A DNA stretch of 62,205 bases, the filler included, from Choristocarpus tenellus KU-1152 (lineage: Eukaryota; Protista; Phaeophyceae): the NCBI GenBank assembly GCA_964200185.2. It is 11 parts of 11 records of this genome, joined end to end, with 100 filler letters (N's around TTAATTAATTAA, not from the genome) between each part and the next. Parts side by side here need not be neighbours in the genome. Positions count along the whole stretch, not along the records: positions 37,441 to 52,155 come from CAXNAD020001129.1; positions 52,256 to 55,471 come from CAXNAD020021468.1; 9 more parts are not named here. One strand, written 5' to 3'. This document shows positions 38,964 through 52,599 of the stretch, one piece after another. The position numbers were made by a program, and so were the translations under genes. Within the stretch, counting starts at the first letter, position 1. The number at the start of each line of letters is the position of its first letter. The notes beneath the pieces are model-generated. The model was given only the letters and a program-made list of their open reading frames with translations. It had not been told where the DNA came from and did not search any database.

Positions 38964-41900
38964 TCATGGATCGTTGAGGGGTAACCAGTCAGCCACATCC
39001 TCCCCTGAACGTGGCCATGACTTTAGATCTGCCCAGGTTACATGCCCTTGGTTCCTGCATAGTTTGTTGTTGCACTGTTGGAGTGCCATACGTAGTGTAT
39101 CTGCAGTGGGGTCCATGTGGGCCTGCACAAGTGATGCGTGTGAGGGGGAAGGGGACGGTAGCTTCAGCTACTGCTGTGTTCATTTTCACATGCGCTCCCT
39201 ACACAGAGGAAGTTGGAGCATTGGTGGTTCTAAACAATTCTAATCATTATTTCTATTGACCAATTTACCACACCACAATAGACCATGGCTGCACACTTAT
39301 CTGCATATAAACCATACATTGTTTGTGGTGAGATTAATCAACTTATGACAAGGCCATGGAGGAAAAACATTACAAACAGGAGAAAACAAGGCGATTCTGC
39401 ACCTTTCCAACGCCAGGATACCTCTGGCAGAGTGGGAGCACGTGCAGTAGTTACAGGCTATACGTCCATTACCTATGGAAGCAGGCAGGTCTACAACCAT
39501 TTCCGGTTGCACTTCACTAGTTCTACTTTGTTGAGATAGGTACCTGCCTTTCTCGGTAGAAATAAACTAGTCCGACTTCCAGTTCTTGAGTACCACGTCT
39601 AGTAGATTTGTGATAGTGACCATAGTTCTTCCACTCTCTAGCTTGTCTTCTGTAACCCTTCAATAGAACGTTTCTATTTATAAATTTCTCTGTTGCATGG
39701 AAAGGCCAAATCCAAAGCGAGTAAGAAAATACTAGTATTGTTCCCACTATGTCAGAGATTTAGGCAGGGCCCTACATCAGGGGACATGGACTGGTCTGTT
39801 AATATAGTTGAATGCTTGGTTCTATAAACGCCGGTAACTACACTGTTGTCCAGAATATACTTCTACAAACCTCAGCGACTTGAAACCACACAAGCAACTG
39901 AACCGTGGTCTGACTAGACCGCATAAACCTTGCTGGGCCGGAAGCACACTGAGCATTTCAGCAAGGGTTTACATCGGTCCAGAAATATGTAGATCAGACT
40001 GCAAGTTGGTCCCAACAACATACTTCGAAGCAGAAATTAGAAGAAGAGAATAATAAAAGTAATTCAGGCTGTGAGCATATTCTAACAGCTTCCAAAGTGC
40101 ATGCCCAAGCCTGCCCTACCAACTGGATTGGTTCGATACACTCGGGCCAGCCCGAGATTCAACCAGTCCATGGTCCAGACAAAGCTTTTACAAACATTAG
40201 GAACAGTTGCGCAATTCAAGTAGGACCTTCCACAACACAAATAACTGCACACCAATTTGGAATTGATCTCAGCAACTGCTCAGCCCAAGTTAGAGCCCTT
40301 AAGTTTCAGTGTTCAATAAAAATGTGCTACACCATATGATTTCTTCACATTAATACAAAATGAAGCACTGATAGATTTCAAGCACATTAGCTGCAACAAA
40401 AGTAGTACCAACCTCAACTACACCTCCAGTTGTTGTCCTCACTGGTCCTGTAGAACATAAATTTCAAAAGTTGAGTTTTTTGTGGGGTAGTGAACAATTG
40501 CAGGACCTGCCTCTGATGAGTGCAAACCTATTGAGAGGCCGGTAGGTTTGACCCCTTTTGCACTCCAACCCACCTTTCTTACCCTGTCTTAAACTCTATT
40601 TCATTGCTTTATGTGCACAGTAGAGTACACAAAATCGACAATCCCCCTTTCCACACAAAAATACACCACAATCCAGCAATGACCCTTCAATTCTGCAAAA
40701 CGACATCTTCCTGCCCTTTATCGGGATCCTTAAATTGCAACTCTAACTACCTTGCAGTTCACTTGACTACGATCATGTCAAGAATACAATATCTGCATGG
40801 ATGCTGATGAGTTGGGGATCGTGGAATGCTGTCCAATGACTGAAGAGCAATAGTTAAGGTGTTCATAAGCTGCCTTTGATGAGTGCCAGTGTGTTCTTCC
40901 ATTCTTGCATATTTTAAATTTTCCTGCTCTGTTGTGATACAACATGTTCATGGGTGCTGATGAGTTGGGGATCACCGACTGCTGTCCAATGACTGAAGAG
41001 CAATAGTTAACATGACACTTTCCAGTTCTCCTGCATGAAGTTGAACCAACAAGGGCAGCATTACTAATAACCGCAGCAAAAATGACCACTCCATACACAC
41101 TGTCACCAATGCACTACAACAAACTACCACACACATTCAATGTGACAACAGTGTAGTGTTACATACCCTCTGTCCCGTAAGTCTGAGCCATTAAGTTGAA
41201 GCTCTTCGGGATGACCTTCGATTCCAAAACGAAACCTTGCATTGGATTCCTTGGAACAATTTACATTAAAAAGTTATGTCTTGCCTTTATATGACACCGC
41301 CAAGCCATCAATCCAGGGCCGCCATGGAGGCCGCTCAGTCTACTTTGACTGATCTAGCCAACCCGCCCTCCACTGCCATTTTTTTGGTCCCAGTGTGCTC
41401 CCTACCTCGAAATTATTCCCCTCCAGCGCCCATAACACCTGATTGTACTTCTTAAACAGACTCTGCCACACCCTCTTGAGTGCGTCTGCATCGTATGCAT
41501 GGAACATGCTTGAAACCCCCTCTACAAGCTCATCAACAGTGCCATAACGCTCTGCCCAAACCCTGCTCTTCAGAGATGCAACCCCCCCCAAATCATTGAC
41601 GTTGAGATCCAGCAACTGCACTGGCTGCATAACAAGTTTAATGTGTGTTCAGCTTCTGCACCATGTCCATGTCCGTATGTGGGGTCACGCCGTCCTGCTG
41701 TATGGAGCCCCTCCCTGATTCCAGCCATGACATTATTTCCTGGCAACAGGTGCTCCATTCAGCGTCGACAGTGACATCAACCTCATACTTCTCACCCTCC
41801 CTTTGTGCGCTACGCTGTAGTCCATTGCATCTCCTTCATGATGCAAACCCGCCAGATCTTGATCTTGTTGTCGAAATCATGGGAAGGATCTGGGTTCAAA

Positions 41901-44900
41901 ACGGCGGAAATGAACATCACTTTGGGAATGTGACTCTCATGTTGCACCTTTGTCAAGTCCACCTTCTCCTCCCCTGGGAACATGTGCACCATCTCTTGTT
42001 CACAGATGAGGTAGAACCACGCCTCTTTGATGTGAATGGTGTCAAGGCCAGTCCAGTAGGTTTTTTGTTTCAGGAGATAAAGTTGATGATGAAGTCCACC
42101 CTGTTCTTCTTGTGAGAAAACGAAAGGCTAGGGGTGACGCACCACTAAACCCTCGTTGCCCCTATGGCTTCAAGCCAGTGATGAAGCTTTGAGCTGCTGA
42201 CTGCGAGGCCTGCTTTGGCGAGCTTGGCGGAAAGTTGGTTGATAGTCAACGTGCAATTACTGGCATTGATTTCCTGAATCTTTGCATATTTTGATCGCTT
42301 GAAGTCCGACATCCATCCAGATTATGATCTCAGGGAGACGGTATTCCCTCTGTCTAACTGTTCTTTCACATGCACCCAACCCCATCTAGGGTGTCTCTTT
42401 CCCACTCCAACCTCTTTCACCAATATAGACCCCACACCCCTCAGGAGCTGCTCATGACCCAGAGGAAGAGCAAATGCACAATGCCAAGCAAGTGTTCTGG
42501 GCAATATGCCTTGATGACGGTTCCATAAATTTCATGATGACCTTGAAGTCCTAGATCTGATATATTTGTACTTCGTGACTATTCATTATTTAGTTATTAC
42601 AATACCCCCAGATGGTACATCAGTGCCAGTTCCTTTTTATATGATGATATTGGACTCTTAGGAAGGGAATAATCCAAGTGAGAGAAGAGCATACTTGACG
42701 ACTTATGCATCAGCGTCATCTGTAGGCTTGCGGACTGGAGCTGTACATCCTGTGGAGGCAACCTTCTGGAGCGTGCTGTTACACAAATGTGGCCCGACCT
42801 TCCTTGGTCAGTTTGCAGTTCTTTCCCCGAGACAGTGGGGTTTGTGCCACGGATGACAGGTTGTGGGGGCTTGCCATGGGGGTTTGTGAGGGTGTTGTGC
42901 AGCTCCATGCTGCAGCAGGAACATTTAAATATGACTAGAATATGCCACATTCTGTGTTCCATTCGTTCAGAACCATTTCAGTACAGAATTCTTTGTAGAA
43001 TTCTTTGAAATTTAGTTTCTTGATGTGAAATATTCCAAGGAAATCAAAACAAAAGTCCGTTTTGTAATTGGAGGTCATCCTGAAGAGCTACAAAATAACA
43101 GCCCAGACCTATGGGACAGGGGGAGTAATAAAGTCGATAGTGTGTAAACAATGACTTCTTTCAAGACAAACATGTGGTTTCAACAGAGCTCCACAAACTG
43201 GTACTCATTGGCCTGCATGTCAGTTAGGTCTCAGATAATCTTGGCCACAAACGTACAATTTAAGAGGTTTGTGACCAGTTTTGGTGTCTGAGAATTCATG
43301 AACATGTACTTCCTCCGTTCGGAATTAAATGTAAGATACATTTTGCAAGGTCCAATCTCGCCTGGGAAGACTCACATTACAAACCTTCTCGATGAGGCTT
43401 AGTTCTCACATAGATTGGGAGGCATGCAAAGTGTGAGATGGTGGGCTGTCATGACAGTGGAAGATCACCAGTGTAAAGTTGGTCAAGTTGCTTTTGACAG
43501 GGTAAAAAAACTCGTGAAACTGTCAAAGCGGGTGTATATTGGGACTCCTAGGGTGCCAACATCTATGAGTGATGAACGATGATGAGAGTAGACCCCTACT
43601 ACCACCAAAGGTCTACATGTGATTCCCTCGAAAAGAAATATTGGCAAGTTGAGAAAGCACATCTGGCCTAACAAAAGCTGATGCAGCAAAGGTCAACAGT
43701 ACCGCTCCTTGAATAGGTGCATCGTCCCTATGGGTTGAGCAGCTCATTGATGGTGTGCCTTTCTTGTTGAAGGTTCCACATAATAGAGGCACAACAGTAA
43801 TGCTACAGAGCCTTGCGGTTGGAGCCCAGAGTTGAAGTTCAAACAAGACCTCAAGATCCCTCATCATTCGAGTGACCACTCATTCTGTCATCACCTGTTG
43901 GTCTCCATTCTTTGCCCCAAAAGTCTGTCCAGGGTCAGGACTCCAACACCCTGACAAACAACAGTGTGGTAGCTCGATGCCTGGAGGTGAGAGGGCGCCA
44001 GACTTGGATGCCTCGGGGGATAGCAGCCATCATGGAGGACTTCGGAATTTCCTGAATCACCATGTTCTGTCATCTGAAGGAGTATGACAGTCAGATTGCA
44101 CGGGGTGAATGCATGGACCTTGTATGATGTTGTAAGGGGTGGTGTGACTGCTGCACAAGTATCCTTGATGTTTGTGATGTCCCATTGTACACCACACATC
44201 CTTCCACGAAATATCGGTCAAAGCTGGAGTGTCCCTTGCCTCATTGTGGGATCTGTGCAACCTTCAGAGGTTGAAGGAGGTCAAGTGGTGGATTAAGCCA
44301 GTCTTCTCAGACCACCAGAAAGCCAACAGGGTGGGTATTGTCATCAGCCACAAGCACAAGAGGGGGGGAAGTGGGGTAATAGTGGACAATTTATATGACT
44401 GGGTGCATGTGGACAAGAAGCGGTTTCACATCCTCAAAGATGGGCAAGGTGTGTACCTGCACCCCACTGAGGATCCTGCCAACCCCCCACGGGCACAGAA
44501 TAAGTGTTACATTACGAGAGCCAAAGTATCAGGGGGGGGGTGGTGGCTGTCCATTTGGGGCCAATTTTTTTATGTCGCGGTTTTTGAGTGATTTGGTTGC
44601 ATGTGTCGGATGGATAATGTAAGTGCACTTTTCCTGGTTTTGGCCCAGATGGACACCCTGGTGTAGACCCCTCCCCCCCCCCCCCCCGTCACCTGTGGGC
44701 ATCTGGACGCNNNNNNNNNNATGCTCCATTTCTGAGAGGCAAAGGATCCTAACTTGCCATTTGCTGTTGTCATTGTTGTCCAACCCCCCCCCCCAGATAT
44801 TTTGGGTCCAAAGGTGACTTTATGAAGGAGACTTTCCTTGCAGCTGTGACTTGCCCTAAGAAGCTTTCCAACGGCTCGTGGTTCGACGGGAAAATTGGGA

Positions 44901-47900
44901 TGCGGCAAAATTGTGGACACTTAAAGTCGCTCAGCACTCCAGCAAACACCGCCCCAATTGCACCAGGATGCTTGGGCCAGCAACAGTGGACAAGGAGAGG
45001 TATAAGAAGCTCATGATCGAGGATGTCATCCCGGAAATCAAGGCCCGCATGCCCAGGCCAGAAGGACACGCCATCTTAGTGCAACAGGATGGGGAAAAGT
45101 CACACACCAAGGGGGAGGGGATCATGGAGGCAATCAAGGAGGTGGTGGGGGATGACATTGTCAGAGAGGCGCAGCCAGCCAACTCACTGGTCTCATCACC
45201 ATTAACCTGGGATTCTTTCACTCCATTCACCAACTAAAGGAAGACGTGATGGTGACCAACACAGAGGAGCTGGTGGAAGCCACAATGGAGGCGTACAATG
45301 TGTACCCCCAGGAGACACTAGAGCGCATCTGGAACAGCCTCTTCGCAGTCTACAGTGAAGTGCTGAGGTCCAAGGGTGACAACATCTTCAAAATTCCCTA
45401 TCTTAGCAAGGGAAGGCTGAGAAGGCAGGCAAGCTCCCTGTGAATGCCCCGGTGGATGCGGCCAAATACCATGCTGGACTGGAGTTTGGAGGACTTTGGG
45501 AGCAGAATCATACATAGGTATAGGCTGCCCCATTTTGGTTGAGATTTTGGTGGGCAATCTTATAGTGTCTGCACAATACACCCATAAAACATGAACATGC
45601 GAACAAAATCTTGCTTCTTCATGGGGGCCACAAAATTTATGTTACATTTAATTCTGAAAGGACGAAGTAACATGAAGTACCACACATACAATAGACACCA
45701 TACCCTGCCAGCCCCACAAGCAAACGTTTGTTTCACTCACTACCTGCTCTTCCAGGGCTTCAAGGGCTGTTGGTAGGTTGGTGGCATCTATGTAGTTACA
45801 GGAGAGCGCCACGGTGTCTGTCAAGTTCTCCACCCGGTGAGGACTACCTGCTGGAACAAACAAGATGTCCCCTGCAAGCAGAAAAAGGAGGGCGCACTGT
45901 TCAGGGACATGATGACTGCCATGAACATAGCATCTACTGCCAACGAGCTATTTGGTAAGGGATTATATTGTGGCATGCTACAGCACCATATGGAATCAGA
46001 GCCGCATCAACGCTGAACTGTGTAGGCAAAATACATCAGTTGGGTCAAACCCTTGACCATCACAGTCAAGCAGGGGTGATAATAATATTTAAGTTCAATT
46101 GTGGGTTTGCTTGCCCGTCCATTGGGGGCACTGTTGTGAGGGATACTAACACAACTAAGCAATATCGAACAAGTGGGCAAACTAACCAGGCAATAGTAAA
46201 CAGGAGACATTTTCTCCACGACAAATGGTAGAAAAACTGCTCACCACTACCAAAGAAGGAGCCTGTCCATGCTCAAAAAATTATTGCATACTATGATTAT
46301 CTTACCCTGTCAAACCTCAGCATCCATTTAATATGTTTCACAATGTCCTGTTCTCCTCCTGTTCCCCTAACACCAACTCCATTTTGCCAAGACAAGCCAC
46401 TCCTTGTGCCAGCAGTATGTATATATTTTGCCATACATTGCCTACTATACCATACCCAAAACAAGATACCAACTTAGACGCAATGATGTATCTTGTGTGT
46501 TGTTCAAGAAAAATACAAACCCTAACAGCAGACCAACAAATCGCCTGTCTGTTCTGTGCCCACTCACACCCTCTCACCCCCAAAATCCAGTCGGCATACT
46601 TACAATTTATGATAACAAATAATCCAATATGATGTTTAGAAATATACATGTGGAGTGGGATGTCGAAACCTGAGTTCGTATATGTTATGCATTGTTGTGC
46701 TGTGTCTAGTTTGTGACGAAGGGTATCATAGTGCAACAAAGCACTGTGGAATTTATTCTGGTAGGACTGATGACAAGTTTTACTCAATCAGAAAATGGTT
46801 GATGTGAAAGTGTGTTTGGGTTGTGTTGCGGCTAGTACGTTTGGAGAAAGGTGCGTGTCAGAGTGCAACAAAAACACCTGTGGATTCATTCTGGTGCATC
46901 TGACGGCATGTTTTACTCAATCAGACTATGGTTGATGTGAAATGTGTGATCATTTATTGAGACGCTCAAATAAAGGCATGCATGTTCTGTGAAGAGGCTT
47001 GTCACCTTAGCTGAGAAGGGTCTTGAAGAATGTTTTAAACTCTGATTATATTGCATCTCGGCGTGTGTCTGGTACGTATTGAGGAGTGAGCATGATGAAT
47101 TATGAGGGGGCAATGCCAGTCAAGAAAAAATAATAATCAACACATGATATCCAACTGAGAGCTACTTGTGTGAAGAAGAAAAAAGGGAATAAAAAAAGAA
47201 GAAACAACAAGGAGAGACACACTTGAAGCAATGTCTGAGGGAACTGATCTGACACATGGTATGCCTGTATGTGTGATAGGAAGCGGCTGTTCTTATGCTT
47301 CCTATATACTGTGGAGGTATTTTGAAGGTGATCGGTGGTGTTGCGATGAGGAGCTAATGAGGTAAGTGAGAATAGCAACCATTACAATGGACAAATCAAT
47401 ATTCAGTAAGGACTGACAATACTATATCGTATCAAAACAAATCAAATGAGTAGCCTATGTTTTAACATGGGAAGAGACGTGATACAAAAAAAACACATTG
47501 TTTGCACCACACCTACCATGCATAATATAAATCGCCTACAGCATACGTTGCTTTTAAGGCCATTACTAGCCAGCATTCCAAATAGTGTTTCAGTTCAGTT
47601 GAGGCTACAGTATGATTTAAGAAAAGTTTTAAGAGTCTATCAAAACTCTTGAATGGTTTGCGGTAAAGGAGGTAACGTCCTACCACTTTGCCAACTGTTG
47701 ATTAAATAGTTGGCAGAAAGTGGGAAATCTCAGGATTAGATAGTGGCCCACCTGAAAAACGGCCCTGAATAAAAAAGTTGTAACGTCACAAAGCTACTGT
47801 TTAACCTGTAGTATAGCAGGCAAGAGGAAACAAAATGCATCATTTTATTCCTAACAAATATAACGCATCCTCAACTTTACAAACCTTTCAAACCAATACA

Positions 47901-50900
47901 AATAAACAACAACGCTAAGGAAAGAAGAGAAATGAATATTCGGCATATCAACACTGACTTCAAACAGAACATGAGCTTTCCAAACATTTCAATATGATGT
48001 CAGGAGCACAGCTGGTAATGCACACCACACCACTAGTACTACAAAGAAATATGAGCGCCAAACATGCAACATCCAACATAGCAACAATAACCCTGGAAAT
48101 GCAATAGTGCATTCAGAACGGGTTCGTACCTTGTAGTAGTCATTTTGTGGCAAATTTGCAAATTATGCAAAAAAACGAACGTGTGTTCTGTCATTAGAAA
48201 TGACCCTTAGCCAACAGGGTGCTTTTCTACAAAAAATATGCCTTCAATTTTGAATCACTCTCCACTTCCAAATTTTGAGTACAAGCCCCCTGTTGGTACA
48301 ACCTTCCCTTATCTCTTGTCTTCCCACACCTGCTTCAAGATTGCAGTCCCAGCCCCGAGCCATCAGCGTTGCCGGGTGAATATCACGATCTGGACGCAAG
48401 GGATTTGCCATGAACACAGGATCTAGTGAACCCTCTGGCCAAATTGGGTAAAGGAGTGGGGCTTGATGCCCAGGGAAGAGCACCCAGTGCTTCCGACCCT
48501 CTAACAAGGCCATCCAGAAGTTGGATCTAGGCAATTGGTTTGACATTGGATGTTGATGTTAGGTGGAAGGAAAATGGACACAAACATTAAGTGGTTGGTC
48601 AGAGGGAGGTGAGGCTGAAGTATCAGGGGGAATGCTATTTATTGACAACAAAAGATGATCAGTACATTGACCGGACTGCCTATCCTGCAAAGGTCTTTGA
48701 TAGGATGCCATGTGTTGTGTGGGGAGTCATACACTTAAGTGTACGTTGTCCATGAAATACCTTAGTGTCAGTATCACCAGGAGAGGGTGCCATAGATCAG
48801 TTATGAACTCTCCGAACACAATGGCAGGGCAAAATGCAACAATAAAAACACAAACTAGGGCATTAAATGCGTAAGAGGAACAAACCCCTTAGAACTAGAG
48901 GGAGCTTCCAAAAATCAAGTACAAGCTGATCCAACCAAACACCTCAATATCTTAAATTTTGACAAATTCTGGAACAACACATCAAGTATACAGAATATTT
49001 CGCTGACACAGAAGAATCTGGTCAGTGGGAAAAAATACCATTCAAAAATATGGTTGGTAAGTTATGGTCGATTATGATATTGGATGGATGGACACCGAAT
49101 AGACTCGAAGCTTCAGCAGATATAAACACTGCTTGCTTTCTCCATCAGATGTGACCTTGGATAAAGTTGAACACTGTGATCACCGCGTTCAACTCCAAAG
49201 TAAAACAAAGATAAGCACGTTGAGGTAAACTGTATTTGTTGGTGTAAGGATTAGACTACCATTCTACTCGTGAAGAAACCCTACGGCATATGCTCCGAGT
49301 GTTCTATGTAAATAATTATAACTGCGGACAAGGAATATGAGGCTCAAAGTATCTGGGAGGGGGTAGCGGCTGTCCATTTCGGGTCAATCGAACTCCCTGC
49401 CACAAACAATTGCGGGTTAGGTTGTTGATCAAGTATGGTGCATGTGGCAATAAAAGCTCCTGATCTCCATAGATCAAAAACACTTGGCCAGATCAGGAGG
49501 AGAGGGAAGAAACTCCCAACCAATAATAACATAAAAAAAAACGCACCCAAAGCTGTCGACATGAGTGTCGCTCTTCGATCCTTTTGGCCCCACGAATAGA
49601 CTCGGCCAGCTGAAAAAAAAGAAAAGAGGGTTGCACGAAAGAGGAGGGAGGAACTGTCAGAACACATTGCCTTGTAATTCAAAGGATTTAAATAGCATAG
49701 TACATGAAGCGCAGGGGGTCGGTCAGGAGTAGCGCGATGTCATCTGGAGATAAGGGGTAGAACCATTCATTGATTAATCTCAACAAAGGTTTGCTTGGAA
49801 CAAAGAGGGGAAAATAAATGGTTGATCTACGGGTATTTTTTAGAAGATACACAACACCAAGTATTGGAGTAGCAGCAAACATAGTAACAATAACTGGTTG
49901 TGTAGGGTATACACTTACATGGAGGACATATATATATATATATATGTCAAGGGTCGCTTGAGTAATTACTTTGAAGTATATATATATATAATTCTGCATC
50001 AGTCATTAAATTTCAACAGTACATATTAGGAGAGTGTGCCCCAGAGAGACTTGGAATGGGTGCTAAATCGAGGAAGTGGATGCGACTAATACATTTAATA
50101 AATGAGAAAAATTCAGGAGGTATGAACAAAACAATATCTTCAAAACCATGGGGTGTTATTAGTGTGGATGTACCAAAACGCTGCTGCTCTCTATAGAAGT
50201 GATGGATATTTGTGGAGCTAGTTGAAAAATGCAAAATATTCGTAACAGTCCGGATTTCTAGTTGCTTAAATATCATATCCAGTTCAAGAGCAGGAAAACT
50301 TGATTCATACTGTCTACACGGTGCAAAACCAAAGCCCCAAGAACCATTTTTTTTCCTGCAAGTAACAACCACCTACGACCATTGTCTTGCCAACAACCTG
50401 CTGTGCCAACTGCTTGCCCGTGGTGCATATATCACACAATGTAGCATAGGGATCAACACAGGATGCAGTTCTACCTGTGTACTGATGAGGAATGACAGCT
50501 AAACTTGGCGATTTTGCACACTATTAAGAATAATTCCTATTCGGTGATGTGAACCGTACTGATTCATTCACTTCAACTCAGTTCAAAATCACAGCCTACA
50601 AATCACAACCAAAAATACATCAAGTTTTTGATTGGATGTTTCTTCAAGGAATGTGTGTCACACACTCTACTCACAGAACTCAGCTTGTGCACCTCAATCA
50701 CTTCGCTACGTGTACATTTCAATTACAACAGAGCACATAGAAATGTTCAAGCTGAATTTACTTGCATTTTACAAACACATAACATTCACAACACAGTTTC
50801 TATTGTAGTTGAGGTGGAAAGTGAGGTGTCAGATGGCACGAGAGCAGGGTATTCTACCAAAGAAGCATATTCCATGCTGTCTACAATGACGAAAGGAAAG

Positions 50901-51633
50901 AAGGGTGATGACCTTTAAGATCATATTATATACTGTGTCATGCCCAAGTTCTCCAGTGCCTTCTACCCAAACTTCGGGCATCAGAATGCTTGCTTATCAG
51001 AATCTAAACATTATACTATCACCGCTGATGAAGAGTTACTCCGGCAACAAATTTTGAAGAGGAAAACATCCACAGAGTGTTATCCCGGACAAGCGTGTCT
51101 CAGAGGAAGTGGGCTCTCTATGCCGTTTTATGGACAAAATGTACTCTAAATGGAAATTGTCTTGAGGTGATATCCTGGACAAAGTAGTACTGAAGGCTTT
51201 AGAGGAAATCAATCCAACCACCACAAAGCAACACTAGCGTTGAGCATTACATTTTCCAAGGGTGTACACACCATAACACAATTCAACATGAGGACAACCC
51301 CTATTATGGGGTTGACCACAACTACACAAGGAAACACAGTCCACAGTAGACTTTGTATTTCCTCTAGCGAGCAGACTCCGAATTGAACAAAACAGGCAGT
51401 TAATTACAAAAAAAATAAAACATTGGCAGGTATATCCTTCAACAACTGGGAACAATATAACTGGAAACAGAAAAAATAGAAATTCAAAATGCACCCGCAC
51501 TGGCAGTCTCCAGTACAATAGTCCAGTCCTGTGGATTTTCTGGTTCTATTTGACCCTTGACTGACCTGTCTGTGTAGGGCAAGCCCCTTCCCGCTACCCT
51601 CTGGAGGATGTCCCCTGCAAAGTACTTGGGAAC
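38964..51633 (-). CDS. JmjC-domain 2-oxoglutarate/Fe(II) dioxygenase (JMJD6/JMJD8-like), 3' part; exons 51633-51566, 49609-49547, 48526-48330, 45871-45744, 39122-38964 (stop)
   Basis: Spliced: VPKYFAGDILQR...YTDS/WPSLFVGPKGSKSDTHVDSFG/SNFWMALLEGRKHWVLF.../GDILFVPAGSPHRVENLTDTVALSCNYID.../AHMDP...KSWPR...*. The HxD...H iron triad is intact and all phases match. Confidence 0.9.
40796..41010. repeat. Imperfect direct duplication of about 62 bp (40796-40857 and about 40949-41010)
   Basis: CATGG.TGCTGATGAGTTGGGGATC...TGCTGTCCAATGACTGAAGAGCAATAGTTAA occurs twice. Confidence 0.85.
41166..43125 (-). mobile_element. Decayed mariner-like (plant-type DD39D/Stowaway-related) transposon with TIRs
   Basis: TA|CCCTCTGTCCCGTAAGTCTGAGC ... 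GCCCAGACCTATGGGACAGGGGGAG|TA. Broken minus-strand transposase: KVQHESHIPKVMFISAV, DLNVNDLG, TVDELVEGV...LKRVWQSL...EGNNF. Confidence 0.85.
43309..45667 (+). mobile_element. Second decayed mariner-like (DD39D-type) transposon with TIRs, interrupted by a MITE
   Basis: TA|CTTCCTCCGTTCGGAATTAAATGTAAGAT ... ATGTTACATTTAATTCTGAAAGGACGAAG|TA. Transposase fragments: WVHVDKKRF, FLAAV..P, WFDGKIG, VIPEIKARMP, VQQDG..SH, QPANS, GDNIFKIP. Confidence 0.88.
44518..44809. mobile_element. MITE with G-tract TIRs inserted in the mariner transposase; contains a 10-N gap
   Basis: Left CCAAAGTATCAGGGGGGGGG and right CCCCCCCCAGATATTTTGG are inverted. They split the transposase between NKCYIT and FLAAV. Confidence 0.75.
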
Positions 51634-52599
51634 CTGTCAATAAAAAAAGGTGAAGTTGTATGGTATATAACCTCAAGTCATTAGGCTGTGCAGAGCCTTG
51701 TGGTCTGCCCGTGCATATGTGTTGAGTTTGCATGAAAGGTAGCGTGTTCATACATCCTGACTGACTTCGTCATTGACAAGGTGTGAATTCATTCCTTTTT
51801 TGTGTCAGCAAACATTTTGCGTGCAAGCACCCGCCCCATCTGTGCTGACTCTAATCTGTGCTGACTCTATTCTGGATGATGCACACATCTCAATAGCTAA
51901 AGCCACCTGTCACCTTGTAATGACAAACAAAATATTGAAAGTTCCCAACTACCTTTTGGAATTGGTGCAACTACTATTTTGGACCACACCACATTGACCA
52001 GTAGGTTCAATGACAAGTTCCTTCACAGGATACAAAACATAAATGCACACCAATGTTCCACCTTGCAGTGTGATTAGGGTGTTCTCAACGGTCATACAAT
52101 TATGAGAAGGATCATTAAGGCAGCCATATAGGGGGGGGGGGTCCATGAGAACACCNNNNNNNNNNNNNNNNNNNNNNNNNNNNNNNNNNNNNNNNNNNNT
52201 TAATTAATTAANNNNNNNNNNNNNNNNNNNNNNNNNNNNNNNNNNNNNNNNNNNNGTGCCAACGGCTCCGTATGGAGGTGGAACGTCACCAAGCAGGGGA
52301 GGCAACCCTCAACAGGGCCCAGCTCGGTCGTCGGTGGGTCCACCTCCCACAGACGGTCCCTCGTGTTGGTGACTTGAGAACTCGTGTTTACTGTTATCAT
52401 ACTCCTTTGCATAGTCTGTATATCATGCATTGCTGTCGTGTCATAACCTATCGTGTCAGTAAAGAGATTATCGTAGGTATGTGTGGTACAGATCTCGTTG
52501 TACCCACATACTATAATCCTTTAAATTGGTTGTCCATCTAGTTTAGACAAATCGTGTTTGTGTCATTTTGTCATAGATGGGTATAGTCTATCGTTTGGT

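Noticed and set aside
39778-40310. Third hAT-like element (CAGGGG...AGAGCCCTT)
   Set aside because: Termini match poorly and no target-site duplication is visible.
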